Source: a bacterium
Lineage (GTDB): Bacteria > UBA8248
Reading direction: 5' to 3'
DNA: 64,000 nucleotides
Assembly: GCA_965219955.1 (NCBI GenBank)
Contig: OZ244799.1
Coordinates: forward strand, 3,008,001 to 3,072,000
The position numbers and the translations under genes are program-made. Shown here in pieces: positions 19,627 through 28,921 of the stretch. Each line of letters opens with the position of its first letter. Positions within the stretch are counted from its first letter, which is position 1. The notes under the pieces were generated by a model. It worked only from the letters and a program-made list of their open reading frames with translations, did no database searches and was not told where the DNA came from.

Positions 19627-20592
19627 CTAGGTGTCCAGCACGCTCTCGCCGAACAGGTCCGCCACCTCGAGGGGGCCGGGCGTGAGGCCCTGCGCGTGGG
19701 CGTAGGAGAGGAGCTTTTCGAGCGACGCGCGGTTCGCCTCCACCCCGTAGGGCCAGAAATCATCGCCGAAAATCTCGCGCGTCTCGTCCATCACCGAGGG
19801 CAGAAACGGGATCATGGCCGAGAGCGCGCCGTTGTCGCTCAGAAGTTCCATCGTCTTCTCGCGCGCCTCGCACATGGCCTGGTAGATGGAGCCGAGCGCC
19901 CAGGGGTTTTGTTCGTGAACGTCGCGTCTCAGCACGACGCAGTGCATCATGGGGTGAACGCCCGTTCTCCTGTAATACGCCGTCTCGGCGGCCTTGTAGT
20001 CCGGGAAGAGGCGCTTGACGCTTGGTGAGCCCTTGGCGAAGCACTCCGGCACCTGGTGGATCAGCGCGCCGTCCACCTCGCCCGAATCGAGCATGTTCGA
20101 TACCGTCTGGCCGGGCTTCATGTAGCGGATGCGCGCGCCGGGCGGCATCGGAATCGGCACGCGCGGCTCGATGGCCGCCACCCAGTCCACCGAACTTACG
20201 TCGAGGCCGTACTCTTCGGCGAGAATGCCGACGATCCACACGACCGCCGTCATCCCCCATTCGCGGATCGCGACTCGCTTGCCGTTCAGGTCGGCCACCT
20301 CGTCGACGCCCGCATCGGTGTTGGCGTAGACCATCGAGTGCCTGAAGACGCGGCTCGGAAAGGCGGGCATCCCCACGAAGGGGCTGTCTCCCTCACCCAG
20401 CAGGAACATATGCGCGCCCATCGACATTTCGGATAAATCGAACTCCTGGTATCGGCACATGCGGAAGAATATCTCGGTGGGCGGCAAGGAGAGCACCCGG
20501 AGGTTTACACCCTGCGGGCGAACGGCGCCCATCTTGAGAATGTTGGTCCGATCGTAATCCCCGAACGCCGCGGTCAGCTCCAGATCCGGCAT
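19627..20592 (-). CDS. 4,5-dihydroxyphthalate decarboxylase-like / periplasmic-binding-fold protein
   Basis: GDYDRT, FDLSEMS, FPSRVFRHS, YYRRTGVHPMMH and DFWPYGVEANR motifs typical of this family. Confidence 0.78.
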   Translation of the reverse strand: MPDLELTAAFGDYDRTNILKMGAVRPQGVNLRVLSLPPTEIFFRMCRYQEFDLSEMSMGAHMFLLGEGDSPFVGMPAFPSRVFRHSMVYANTDAGVDEVADLNGKRVAIREWGMTAVVWIVGILAEEYGLDVSSVDWVAAIEPRVPIPMPPGARIRYMKPGQTVSNMLDSGEVDGALIHQVPECFAKGSPSVKRLFPDYKAAETAYYRRTGVHPMMHCVVLRRDVHEQNPWALGSIYQAMCEAREKTMELLSDNGALSAMIPFLPSVMDETREIFGDDFWPYGVEANRASLEKLLSYAHAQGLTPGPLEVADLFGESVLDT

Positions 20593-20618
20593 CTCCTCCC
20601 CTTTCGCGTCATCGGTTC

Positions 20619-20735
20619 GTGAAAGCGCATCGCTGCGATGATGGTGGAACGGCTCACAGGTTTCTCATAGTTTTCCCCGCTCGGCAACGAGGCGGGCCTT
20701 TCGGCGCTTGAAAGCCCCCGAGTTGACCGCCCGCC
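20619..20735. repeat. ~117-bp direct repeat, copy 1
   Basis: Near-identical to 21660-21776 (core ATGATGGTGGAACGGCTCACAGGTTTCTCATAGTTTTCCCCGCTCGGCAACGAGGCGGGCCTTTCGGCGC). Confidence 0.92.
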
Positions 20736-20830
20736 GCCCGGTCAAGAAGAGGAAACAAGAGATGAAACGGGTATATGTCAACGCGCTAGAGACAATAGAG
20801 GAGGGCTTGCGTTTCGCAGATGAAGTCCAG

Positions 20831-20857
20831 GCCGGAAAGAACGTGCAACCTAGCCAA
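20831..20857 (-). pseudogene. Truncated hicA-like toxin remnant
   Basis: A TTG overlapping the hicB stop reads MARLHVLSG, resembling HicA N-termini; the resemblance ends there. Confidence 0.45.
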
Positions 20858-21071
20858 CGGCTACCTCGACATGGGTCACATAGACTTCGCTGCGCAGGCG
20901 TCTGTCGATTTCCCCGGCGGAAGCCGTCTCGAAGAACAAGGTGAGCGCTTCGGCCAAGTTGTCGCGAGCCTCGGACACGGTGTTTCCCTGGCTGGCAACA
21001 TCCACTTCCGGGCACAGGGCGACGTATCCATTGCCCTCGCGTTCGACGATAGCGGTCAACCGTCTGTTCAT
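20850..21071 (-). CDS. HicB-family antitoxin (short form)
   Basis: IVEREGNGYVALCPEVDVASQGNTVSEARDNLAEAL is the HicB/UPF0150 pattern; AGGAG RBS. Confidence 0.85.
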   Translation of the reverse strand: MNRRLTAIVEREGNGYVALCPEVDVASQGNTVSEARDNLAEALTLFFETASAGEIDRRLRSEVYVTHVEVAVG

Positions 21072-21271
21072 GTCGTGTCTCCTTGTCTGAATTTCACATG
21101 ATGATCCTTGTGACGGGAGATGTCAGGTGCGTTTCGACGATGGCACTGAAAACCGTATTGTACCCTCATCATCGATGATGGAGCGCATAAGTCGTTATCA
21201 AACAGACGGCCTTAAAACCTTGATGCAATTTCCGTTCAATGTCTGCAGCATCGCAGACAACCCCGCCAAGG

Positions 21272-21603
21272 GGGGCTGTTGAAAAAGCCCCGATTTCGTG
21301 ATTCGGCGTATGAAGCCGGCCGAGGAGGGGGATCCGTAGGGACAGACCCCTGTGCCTGGCCGAGGTTGCTTACGAGGCGGTTCGGTTTTGTTCGTCATTC
21401 CGGCAATCAATACCGACCGAGGAGGGAGGGATTGCCCGGAATCCATTTGTTTTGCCTTTGTTTTTCTTTTCTGATCGATTCGCTCCAATGGCGAGGAGAT
21501 GAAAAGCCGGGGTATCGTCTTTCTGCTTGAAAATGGATTCCGGCTTTCGCCGGAATGACGGCGGTGGTCGCTTCCGAGTGAGGAGGGGTTTTTCAACAGT
21601 CGC
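21272..21603. mobile_element. MITE with IS1182-type ends carrying GTAG-type and CGTCATTCCGG-type palindromes
   Basis: GGGGCTGTTGAAAAAGCCCC...GGGGTTTTTCAACAGTCGC with direct repeat CAAGG at 21267-21271 and 21604-21608. Confidence 0.82.
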
Positions 21604-21659
21604 CAAGGACCAAGACGAAGAAATACTTTTCAGCTCATTTCCCCTTTTGCGTCTCCATT

Positions 21660-21776
21660 GTGAAAGCGCATCTTTGCAATGATGGTGGAACGGCTCACAG
21701 GTTTCTCATAGTTTTCCCCGCTCGGCAACGAGGCGGGCCTTTCGGCGCCTGAAAGCCCCCGAGTTGACCACCCGCC
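21660..21776. repeat. ~117-bp direct repeat, copy 2
   Basis: Near-identical to 20619-20735. Confidence 0.92.
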
Positions 21777-21842
21777 TTCCGGCGTGGCATGAAGGGGCTG
21801 GAAATCCGGGCATTCCGCATCAACAACCGAAAAGGACGGCAC

Positions 21843-22886
21843 TTGGCTACAGAAATAAAAGTGATCGTATGCGGGTTCGGGCGCGTGGGGCGCGAATTCG
21901 CGAGACTCGTCCACGAGAAATCGGAACGCATGCGGGTGGCCTACGGCCTGGAGGCGTCCATCGTCGGCATAGGCGAGTTGAACGGCAGCCTGCACCACGC
22001 CTGCGGACTCGACGCGGCAAAAACGGCGGACGCCTTCGAACGGGAGGGCGGCTTCGCGGGCCACCCCAGCCTTAAGGCGGAGTGGCAGGGCCTCGATCTG
22101 GTTCGTTCCGCACAGGCCGACGTCCTCATCGAGACGACGCCCACCGAGGTCCGCACGGGCGAGCCCGCCATGAGCCACATCCGCGAGGCGCTTGCGAGAG
22201 GCATCCACGTCGTGAGCGCGAACAAGGGGCCTTTCATCCGCGCCTACCGGGAACTGACCGGCCTGGCGCGGGAGAAGAACGCCGCTCTCAAAATCTCGGC
22301 GGCCGCGGCCGCCGCCCTCCCGACCATCGACGTGGCCGAGACTTGTCTCGCCGGCGCAGAGATTCTCGAGGTCGAGGGCGTGCTGAACGGAACGACGAAT
22401 TTCATACTCACGCGCATGCGGACGAACGGCCGGAGCTACGAAGAAGCGCTCGCAGAAGCGCAAACACTCGGAATCGCGGAGACCGACCCCACACTCGACG
22501 TGGAGGGTTTCGACACGGCGAACAAGCTCGCCCTCATCACGAACGTCTGCATGGGTGCTGATCTTAGACCCGAGGACGTGGAGCGGACGGGCATCGCCGG
22601 GATGTCGCTCGCCGAGGTGCAAGGCGCGAGCGCAGCGGGCAAGATCATGCGCCTGGTGGGCGCCGCGAGGCGGGATGAGGCCGGACGCGTCTCGGCCCGG
22701 GTCGCGCCGGAACTTCTCTCTCCCGATCATCCCCTGGCGGGCGTGGAGGGGGCGGAGAAGGGCATCACCTACACGAGCGATACGATGGATCGCGTCACCG
22801 TCGTGGGCGGCAAGAGCGACCCGCGCGGCGCCGCCGCCGCGCTCCTCAAAGACCTCATCAACATTTATCGTCATTCATCATCCTGA
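21843..22886 (+). CDS. hom: Homoserine dehydrogenase (short form, no ACT domain)
   Basis: CGFGRVG, HVVSANKGP, GVLNGTTNFIL and AETDPTLDVEGFDTANK motifs. TTG start after AAGGA. Confidence 0.85.
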   Translation: MATEIKVIVCGFGRVGREFARLVHEKSERMRVAYGLEASIVGIGELNGSLHHACGLDAAKTADAFEREGGFAGHPSLKAEWQGLDLVRSAQADVLIETTPTEVRTGEPAMSHIREALARGIHVVSANKGPFIRAYRELTGLAREKNAALKISAAAAAALPTIDVAETCLAGAEILEVEGVLNGTTNFILTRMRTNGRSYEEALAEAQTLGIAETDPTLDVEGFDTANKLALITNVCMGADLRPEDVERTGIAGMSLAEVQGASAAGKIMRLVGAARRDEAGRVSARVAPELLSPDHPLAGVEGAEKGITYTSDTMDRVTVVGGKSDPRGAAAALLKDLINIYRHSSS

Positions 22887-22901
22887 GACCGGAGACATTC
22901 C

Positions 22902-24503
22902 ATGAACAACGCGGACCTGATCGTCAAAACCATGAAGGAAGCGGGCGTCACGCACTGCTTCGGCATCCCGAGCGGAAACGTCCTGCCCATGCTGGAAGCC
23001 ATGCGCAAGGGGGGGCTCACCTTCGTCCTGACCGCGCACGAGGGCTCCGCGAGCTTCGCCGCCGACGTGATGGGCCGCCTGACGGGCGCGCCCGGTTTCT
23101 GCATCGCCACGCTGGGCCCCGGCGCCACCAACCTCTCGACCGGCGTGGGCAACGCCTATCTGGACCGCTCCCCGCTCATCGCGCTGACCTGCAACCTGCA
23201 CACGCACCAGCTGGGACGCCGCATCCAGATGTACATCGACCACCACACCCTCTACCGGCCCATATCCAAGGCGAGCTATCCGCTCAGAAAAGGCCGCGTC
23301 GCCTCCGTTCTCGAAGAAGCGATGGGCCTCGCGCTCAGTGAGCCGCACGGCCCGGTCCACCTCGATCTGCCCGAAGACGTATCCCTGGCGCCCGCCACCG
23401 AGGATTTGCCCCCCATCTCCCAGGGCAAGCGCCACAGGCCCGCGCCCGAGAACGCATTCGCGAAACTGGAATCCCTCCTCCAAAACGCCAGGCGGCCCGT
23501 CGCCATCCTGGGCTCCACGAGCATGCGGATGGAAAACCCGTCGCTTCTGCGCGAATTCATCGACCGCCACCAGCTTCCCTTCGCCACGACCACCATGGCC
23601 AAGGGAATGATAGACGAGGATCACCCGCTCTCGGTCGGCTGCATCGAGCGCGGAAAGCGGCAGGTGCAGCGCGAGTTCCTGGGAAGCGCGGACTTGATCC
23701 TCGGGATCGGCTACGACGTGGTCGAGGTGGAATACGAGCAGTGGATCAAGGACGTGCCCCTCGCCAGCGTGGACATCGACCCGGTGGACGCGGATTCCTC
23801 GGTCGAGATCGCGCACGAGGTGGTGGGTGATCTGGATGCGTCTTTAAGGCGCATGAACGACTTCGCGCCGGGCAGTTACGAGTGGCCCTCGGACGCCGCC
23901 CTGCGGCACAAGGAGAGATACCAGAAAGCCCTGCGGCCTGCGGTCCCGCACTTCGCGGCGCACGAGGCCATCGACGTGGTGCGCGAGGTGACGCCAAAAG
24001 AGGGTATCCTCTCCTTCGACGTGGGCGCCCACACGCACCAGATCGCCAGCCAGTGGACGGTGCACGAGCCGCGCACGTTCCTGATCACGAACGGGTGGTC
24101 CTCGATGGGCTTCGGCCTGCCCGGGGCCATCGCCGCGAAACTGGCGCACCCCGAAAAACCCGTCGTCGCCCTGATCGGGGACGGCTGTTTTCAGATGACG
24201 TGCGGCGAGGTGGCCGTCGCCAAGCGGATGGGGCTCGCCATCCCCATCGTCGTGCTGGACGACCGCTGGCTCTCGCTCATCCAGGTCAAACAGGACAGGC
24301 GCGACTACGGCCGCTACGGCACCGAACTCCAGGCCGAGGAATACCAGGCCCCGCCCGCCCACTATTTCGGCGTTCCGGCGAAGGGCGCGCGAACACCCGA
24401 GGAACTCAGGCGCGCGCTCACCGAAGCCTTCAAGGCCGATGGGCCGACCGTCATCGAGGCGGTGGTGGACGCCGCGCACTACGACGACACGGTGTTCGAC
24501 TAG
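22902..24503 (+). CDS. Thiamine pyrophosphate-binding enzyme (acetolactate synthase-like)
   Basis: FGIPSG, AHEGSASFAA, TLGPGATN, SMGFGLPGA and GDGCFQM TPP motif. Confidence 0.88.
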   Translation: MNNADLIVKTMKEAGVTHCFGIPSGNVLPMLEAMRKGGLTFVLTAHEGSASFAADVMGRLTGAPGFCIATLGPGATNLSTGVGNAYLDRSPLIALTCNLHTHQLGRRIQMYIDHHTLYRPISKASYPLRKGRVASVLEEAMGLALSEPHGPVHLDLPEDVSLAPATEDLPPISQGKRHRPAPENAFAKLESLLQNARRPVAILGSTSMRMENPSLLREFIDRHQLPFATTTMAKGMIDEDHPLSVGCIERGKRQVQREFLGSADLILGIGYDVVEVEYEQWIKDVPLASVDIDPVDADSSVEIAHEVVGDLDASLRRMNDFAPGSYEWPSDAALRHKERYQKALRPAVPHFAAHEAIDVVREVTPKEGILSFDVGAHTHQIASQWTVHEPRTFLITNGWSSMGFGLPGAIAAKLAHPEKPVVALIGDGCFQMTCGEVAVAKRMGLAIPIVVLDDRWLSLIQVKQDRRDYGRYGTELQAEEYQAPPAHYFGVPAKGARTPEELRRALTEAFKADGPTVIEAVVDAAHYDDTVFD

Positions 24504-24542
24504 GAAGCCCGCCGGGGCGAGCGCCACCGGGCAAATTCAACC

Positions 24543-24589
24543 ATTATCCTAGTAAATTAAAAGTCTAACTTTCAATTTACTAGGATAAT
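24543..24589. promoter_or_regulatory. AT-rich long palindrome (copy 1 of 3)
   Basis: ATTATCCTAGTAAATT-N15-AATTTACTAGGATAAT with 16-bp perfect arms; related copies at 24970-25015 and 25022-25066. Confidence 0.6.
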
Positions 24590-24632
24590 TCGCACTTTCA
24601 CATACGAAACGACACCGAATCCGCTTGAGCAC

Positions 24633-24915
24633 GGGGTTGTTGAAAACCTCTCCTCGTCTTGAAAACCACCCCCCCCTACCCCCCCTTGACAGGGGGGTAA
24701 AAACAAAAAGCCCCCTGAAGCACTGGGGGTACGATGGTTTTGTAGGGACAGGCCTCCGTGCCTGTCCTGGTGAAGGACACCCACGGAGGGCAGGACAGGC
24801 ACGGAGGCCTGTCCCTACGATGAACGATTCGATGATCGGGATCCCCTCCCTCATCGGGGGCATGGCCTTTACCCCATAGGGGGTACTCCTTTGACGAGGG
24901 ATTTTCAACAGCCCC
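24633..24915. mobile_element. MITE-like element with IS1182-type ends and mixed REP cargo
   Basis: GGGGTTGTTGAAAACC...GGATTTTCAACAGCCCC. Contains CCCCCCTACCCCCCTTGACAGGGGGG and an inverted pair of GTAGGGACAGGCCTCCGTGCCTGTCC. No target duplication visible. Confidence 0.75.
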
Positions 24916-24969
24916 TGTTCAGGCGGATTCCGGGCTTCCGCCCGGTGTTATCCGGTGTTGCGTCGTTTC

Positions 24970-25066
24970 ATTATACTAGTAAATTAAATATTATATTTTT
25001 AATATACTAGGATATTATATGATTATCCTTGCAAATTAAAAGCATATATTTTAATATACAAGAATG
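24970..25066. promoter_or_regulatory. Two tandem AT-rich palindromes over the promoter/start of the AAA ATPase
   Basis: ATTATACTAGTAAATTAAA...TTTAATATACTAGGATA and ATTATCCTTGCAAATTAAAA...TTTTAATATACAAGAAT; the second overlaps ATG 25064. Confidence 0.6.
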
Positions 25067-26242
25067 ATTAATCGCCGCTCATATCAAAACGTGCTGAACG
25101 CGCTCGGACGCCAGGCCGCCGTGGTCCTGCTCGGCGCGCGCCAGGTAGGCAAAACGACGCTGGCGCTCGAGATTGCCGAAGGGTTAAACGCCGTTTATCT
25201 CGACCTGGAATCCCGCGCGGACCGGGAGAAGCTCGGCGAGCCTGCGCTCTATCTGCGCGAATACGAAGACAGCCTCGTCATCCTCGATGAGATTCACCGC
25301 GCCCCGGAGTTGTTTCAGGAGTTGCGCGGACTGATCGACCGGGGCCGCAGGCGGGGCAGGCGAACGGGCCGCTTCCTGATACTGGGTTCGGCGTCGCTGG
25401 ACCTGCTCCGCCAGTCGGGGGAGAGCCTCGCCGGGCGAATCGAATACGTCGAACTCGATCCGCTCGACGTGGGAGAGGCCGCGCCGGACGCGCAGGCCGT
25501 CACGAACCTGTGGGTGCGCGGGGGCTTTCCGGACAGCTTTCTCGCCAAAGACGACGCCGACAGCATGACCTTCAGGCAGAATTTCATCCGCTCCTATCTG
25601 GAGCGCGACGTGGCGCAGTTCGGCCGGCGCATCCCGGCGGAGACGCTGGAGCGGTTCTGGACCATGCTGGCGCATGGGCAGAGCGGGCTGCTCAACGCGT
25701 CGAAGCTGGCCGCGGGCCTCGCCGTCAGCGCACCGACGGTGAACGGCTACATCGATCTCCTGGTCGACCTGCTTCTCGTCCGCCGCCTGCGCCCGTTCCA
25801 CGCGAACGTGAAAAAGCGCCTGGTGAAATCGCCCAAAATCTACGTGCGCGACAGCGGCATCGTCCACGCCCTGCTCGGAATCGAGAACCACGACGCGCTC
25901 GCGGGCCACCCGGTCGTCGGGCCGAGTTGGGAGGGTTTCGTCATCGAGAACCTGCTCGCCGTCGCCCCGCCGCGCACCATGGCGAGTTTCTACCGCACGC
26001 TGGCGGGTGCCGAGATCGACTTGCTGCTGGAGATCCCGGGAAGGCGGGGGCCGTGGGCGATCGAGATCAAGCGCGGAATCTCCGGGGGTCTCGGCAAGGG
26101 CTTCCACCATGCGCGCGAGGACGTACGGCCCGAGCGCGCCTTCGTCGTCCACTCCGGCGAGGAGCGCTACCCCGTCACGAAGGACGTGGAGGCGGTCGGC
26201 CTGCGAGAGATGATGACCCTCGTCGAGCGCGGGGAGAAATAG
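25064..26242 (+). CDS. AAA+ ATPase with C-terminal DUF4143 / nuclease-like domain
   Basis: GARQVGKT, ILDEIH, LGSAS, ESLAGR, RGGFP, KSPKIYVRDSG, WEGFV and EIDLL...IEIK motifs. Confidence 0.88.
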   Translation: MINRRSYQNVLNALGRQAAVVLLGARQVGKTTLALEIAEGLNAVYLDLESRADREKLGEPALYLREYEDSLVILDEIHRAPELFQELRGLIDRGRRRGRRTGRFLILGSASLDLLRQSGESLAGRIEYVELDPLDVGEAAPDAQAVTNLWVRGGFPDSFLAKDDADSMTFRQNFIRSYLERDVAQFGRRIPAETLERFWTMLAHGQSGLLNASKLAAGLAVSAPTVNGYIDLLVDLLLVRRLRPFHANVKKRLVKSPKIYVRDSGIVHALLGIENHDALAGHPVVGPSWEGFVIENLLAVAPPRTMASFYRTLAGAEIDLLLEIPGRRGPWAIEIKRGISGGLGKGFHHAREDVRPERAFVVHSGEERYPVTKDVEAVGLREMMTLVERGEK

Positions 26243-26420
26243 GTGGAAAAATCCTTCTCCGCCTCATCCTGAGTAGCGGCGGAGCCGCGTATCGAAGGTC
26301 AAACGCGATTGATGAGGGCTTGTTGAAAAACCCCCTGAGAGGGCAATGGCAACCCCCTTGAAAGCAAAACCCCATAAAAGCAACCCCCCCTACCCCCCCT
26401 TGTCAGGGGGGCAAGAAAAA

Positions 26421-27805
26421 GAGTTACGTTCAAAACTTGTGTATGGGCTGAATTGAAGAAGGCGGCGCATCCTGCTGAAATAGGGTTGTCCAAAGCCCGG
26501 TCATTCAGCACAAGGAGATGCGCCACCATGAGAGAAGATACGACGATTCCCTTGAGGAATCCAGCCTTACGAGACGAGTTGAGCGAACTGTTGCGCGCGG
26601 GCGCGCGACGAATCATCCGCCAGGCGGTGGAAGCGGAGTTGGCGGCTTATCTGGAAGAGCATGCGGGCGACCATGACGCGCAGGGCCGCCGCGCGGTGGT
26701 GCGCAACGGGTATCTGCCTTCTCGGGAGGTATTGACGGGTGTGGGTCCGGTGCGGGTTCAAGTTCCTCGGACGCGGGACAGGTCGGGCGCGGGGCGGCGT
26801 TTCCGTTCGGAGCTTTTGCCGCCGTATCTGCGCAAGACGCGGCGCGTGGAGGCGGTGATACCGTGGCTGTACCTGAAGGGGGTATCGACGAACGACTTCG
26901 GCGAGGCGCTCACGGCGCTGTTCGGCGAGTCGGTGAAGGGCTTGTCCCCGGCGAGCGTCTCGCGTCTCAAGGAGGGCTGGGAGCGCGAGTACTTACAGTG
27001 GCGCGAGCGGGACTGGGGCGGCGAGGAGTTCGCGTACTTGTGGGCGGACGGCATCTACGTGAACGTGCGCAGCGGGGAGCGGCGCTGTCTTCTGGTGGTC
27101 GTGGGCTGCGACGCGCGGGGCCGCAAGCGCTTCCTGGCCCTGGAGGCGGGGTTCCGTGAATCGAAGGAGAGCTGGAAGGCGGTTCTGCTCGGCCTGCGGG
27201 AGCGGGGGGTAAAGGCGGCGAAGCTGGCGGTGGGCGACGGGGGTCTGGGGTTGTGGTCGGCGCTGGCCGAGGTGTATCCCGAGACCCGGGCGCAGCGCTG
27301 CTGGGTGCACAAGACGGCGAACGTTCTCGACAAGCTGCCCAAAAGCGCTCAGCGCGAAGCGCGGCCGATGCTGTACGAGATGTGGAGGGCGGAGACCCGC
27401 GAGCACGCGGAGAAGGCGTTCGAACGCTTTCTCGCCACCTGGGAGGCGAAGTACCCCAAGGCCGCCGCGTGCCTGGCGGGGGACCGCGAGGAGTTGTTCG
27501 CCTTCTACGACTTCCCGGCGGCGCACTGGCGGAGTCTTCGGACGACGAACCCGATCGAGTCGACCTTCGCCACGATCCGGCTGCGAACGGCGAAGACGAG
27601 GAACTGCCTGAGCGAGAAGACGGCGCTGAGCCTGATTCACCAACTCGCCATGAGCGCCGAGAAGCGATGGGGGCGGCTGGGCGGCCTGGGTCATCTGGCC
27701 GACGTGATCACCGACGTGAGGTTCATCAATGGGGTGAATGAAAAAGAAACCGGCAGGGAGGCCGCTGAACTCAAGACGGCCATACACAACATTTGACAGT
27801 AACTC
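26421..27805 (+). mobile_element. IS256-family insertion sequence
   Basis: 26-bp terminal inverted repeats GAGTTACGTTCAAAACTTGTGTATGG and (reverse complement) GAGTTACTGTCAAATGTTGTGTATGG. 9-bp direct repeat CAAGAAAAA at 26412-26420 and 27806-27814. Confidence 0.93.
26528..27796 (+). CDS. IS256-family (Mutator) transposase
   Basis: RNGY, VPRTRDR, LYLKGVST, YLWADG, VGDGGLG, QRCWVHK and RTTNPIES motifs; AAGGAG upstream. Confidence 0.93.
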   Translation: MREDTTIPLRNPALRDELSELLRAGARRIIRQAVEAELAAYLEEHAGDHDAQGRRAVVRNGYLPSREVLTGVGPVRVQVPRTRDRSGAGRRFRSELLPPYLRKTRRVEAVIPWLYLKGVSTNDFGEALTALFGESVKGLSPASVSRLKEGWEREYLQWRERDWGGEEFAYLWADGIYVNVRSGERRCLLVVVGCDARGRKRFLALEAGFRESKESWKAVLLGLRERGVKAAKLAVGDGGLGLWSALAEVYPETRAQRCWVHKTANVLDKLPKSAQREARPMLYEMWRAETREHAEKAFERFLATWEAKYPKAAACLAGDREELFAFYDFPAAHWRSLRTTNPIESTFATIRLRTAKTRNCLSEKTALSLIHQLAMSAEKRWGRLGGLGHLADVITDVRFINGVNEKETGREAAELKTAIHNI

Positions 27806-27943
27806 CAAGAAAAAGCAAAACCCCCTCGGCCCGGCGGGAGCGCATCGCCTTTTTATACCCCCCTGACAAGGGGGGGTAGGGGGGGTTGACGTTATGGGAT
27901 TTCCCTTTCAGGGAGCTTTTTCAGCAACCTCTATGCGCGGGCC

Positions 27944-28306
27944 TCAAAGAAACCGCGCGCCTTCGATGATCGCCTCATCGAAGTTCACGCCCTCGATGTC
28001 GGCGCCGACGAGATCCGCGTCCCGGAAGCTCGCGCCCGCGACGTCGGCATCATTCAAGAGAGCGTCTCGGAGAACAGCGCCCTCCAGATCGGCGTTTCTC
28101 AGATCCGCCTCACGCATGTCCGCACCCGAGAGGTCGGCGCCGCCCAGGTTCGCGCGCACGAGGCTCGCCCCTTTCAGATTGGCGTCCGTGAGGTCGCATC
28201 CGCTCAGGTCCGCCCAGGAGAGGTCTTCCCCCTCCAGCGAGAGCGGCTCGCCCTTCTGCGCGGCTTCTTCAATCAGTTGCTCCAGCTTCTCTCGCAGCAT
28301 GTTCAT
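27944..28306 (-). CDS. Pentapeptide repeat protein
   Basis: Tandem A(D/N)LxG/xADLxx repeats; start codon uncertain (28300-28321). Confidence 0.88.
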   Translation of the reverse strand: MNMLREKLEQLIEEAAQKGEPLSLEGEDLSWADLSGCDLTDANLKGASLVRANLGGADLSGADMREADLRNADLEGAVLRDALLNDADVAGASFRDADLVGADIEGVNFDEAIIEGARFL

Positions 28307-28344
28307 GATAGGGAAAATCATAAATCAGACAGGCAAACTTGCAA

Positions 28345-28744
28345 GGGGCTGTTGAAAAACCTCTCTCCGCCTCATCCTGAGTAGCGGCCCCTCGACTTCG
28401 CTCGGGACAGGCTCCGCCCCCCACTTTCCTCATCCTGAGTAGCCGCCGAAGGCGGCGTATCGAAGGATGCCCTCTCGCACGCCAGGAGCCGCCCCCCATC
28501 CTTCGATACGGCGCTTAAGCGCCTACTCAGGATGAGGGTTCGGGGCACTTGCTCGGGATGAGGGCGTCAAGCGTTCTACGAAGCCCGGTGCCGCGCCATG
28601 GGTCAATCCCGCCCGGCGACCCCTACACATTCCTCTTGAATGGCGACCGTAGGGACAGGTCGCGACCTGTCCCTACCAAAACACAATCGCCCGCTTTTCG
28701 CTCGTGTCAAACCCTTCCTCATCGGAGCTTTTTCAACAACCCCC
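28345..28744. mobile_element. MITE with IS1182-type ends and mixed REP cargo
   Basis: GGGGCTGTTGAAAAACCTC...GAGCTTTTTCAACAACCCCC with flanking direct repeat TGCAA. Three CTCATCCTGAGTAG modules plus GTAGGGACAGGTCGCGACCTGTCCCTAC. Confidence 0.82.
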
Positions 28745-28921
28745 TGCAAGGACGGATTGACAAGATTCCGGCGCGAAGCCTACAAAGAGAGCCGCAAGCA
28801 GCAATTTGAAGATGAGCAACGGCCCTTCTTCTATGGATCATCGAACTGAAAATGCGGTCTGAAACTGCAAAATCCGGGCGGGGAAACGCGCCTCGTCCAT
28901 GAAAATCGAGGGGAGAATTCC

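Larger units (their letters stand above)
26243..27931. repeat. Composite REP/IS-end element interrupted by IS256
   Basis: CTCATCCTGAGTAGC module at ~26263, left end GGGCTTGTTGAAAAACCCC at 26316, inverted CCCCCCTACCCCCCTTGTCAGGGGG modules at ~26384 and ~27858, and right end GCTTTTTCAGCAACCTC to 27931. Confidence 0.72.

Noticed and set aside
20619-20735. Duplicated leader as a glycine or other known riboswitch
   Set aside because: Only a short GCCGAA resemblance; the conserved aptamer core is not recognisable.
21198-21606. ORFs within MITEs (also 24549..24908, 57806..58318, 28269..28849)
   Set aside because: They lie largely or entirely in repeat modules; recurring peptides such as LFQQP and RRPVPT are repeat translations.
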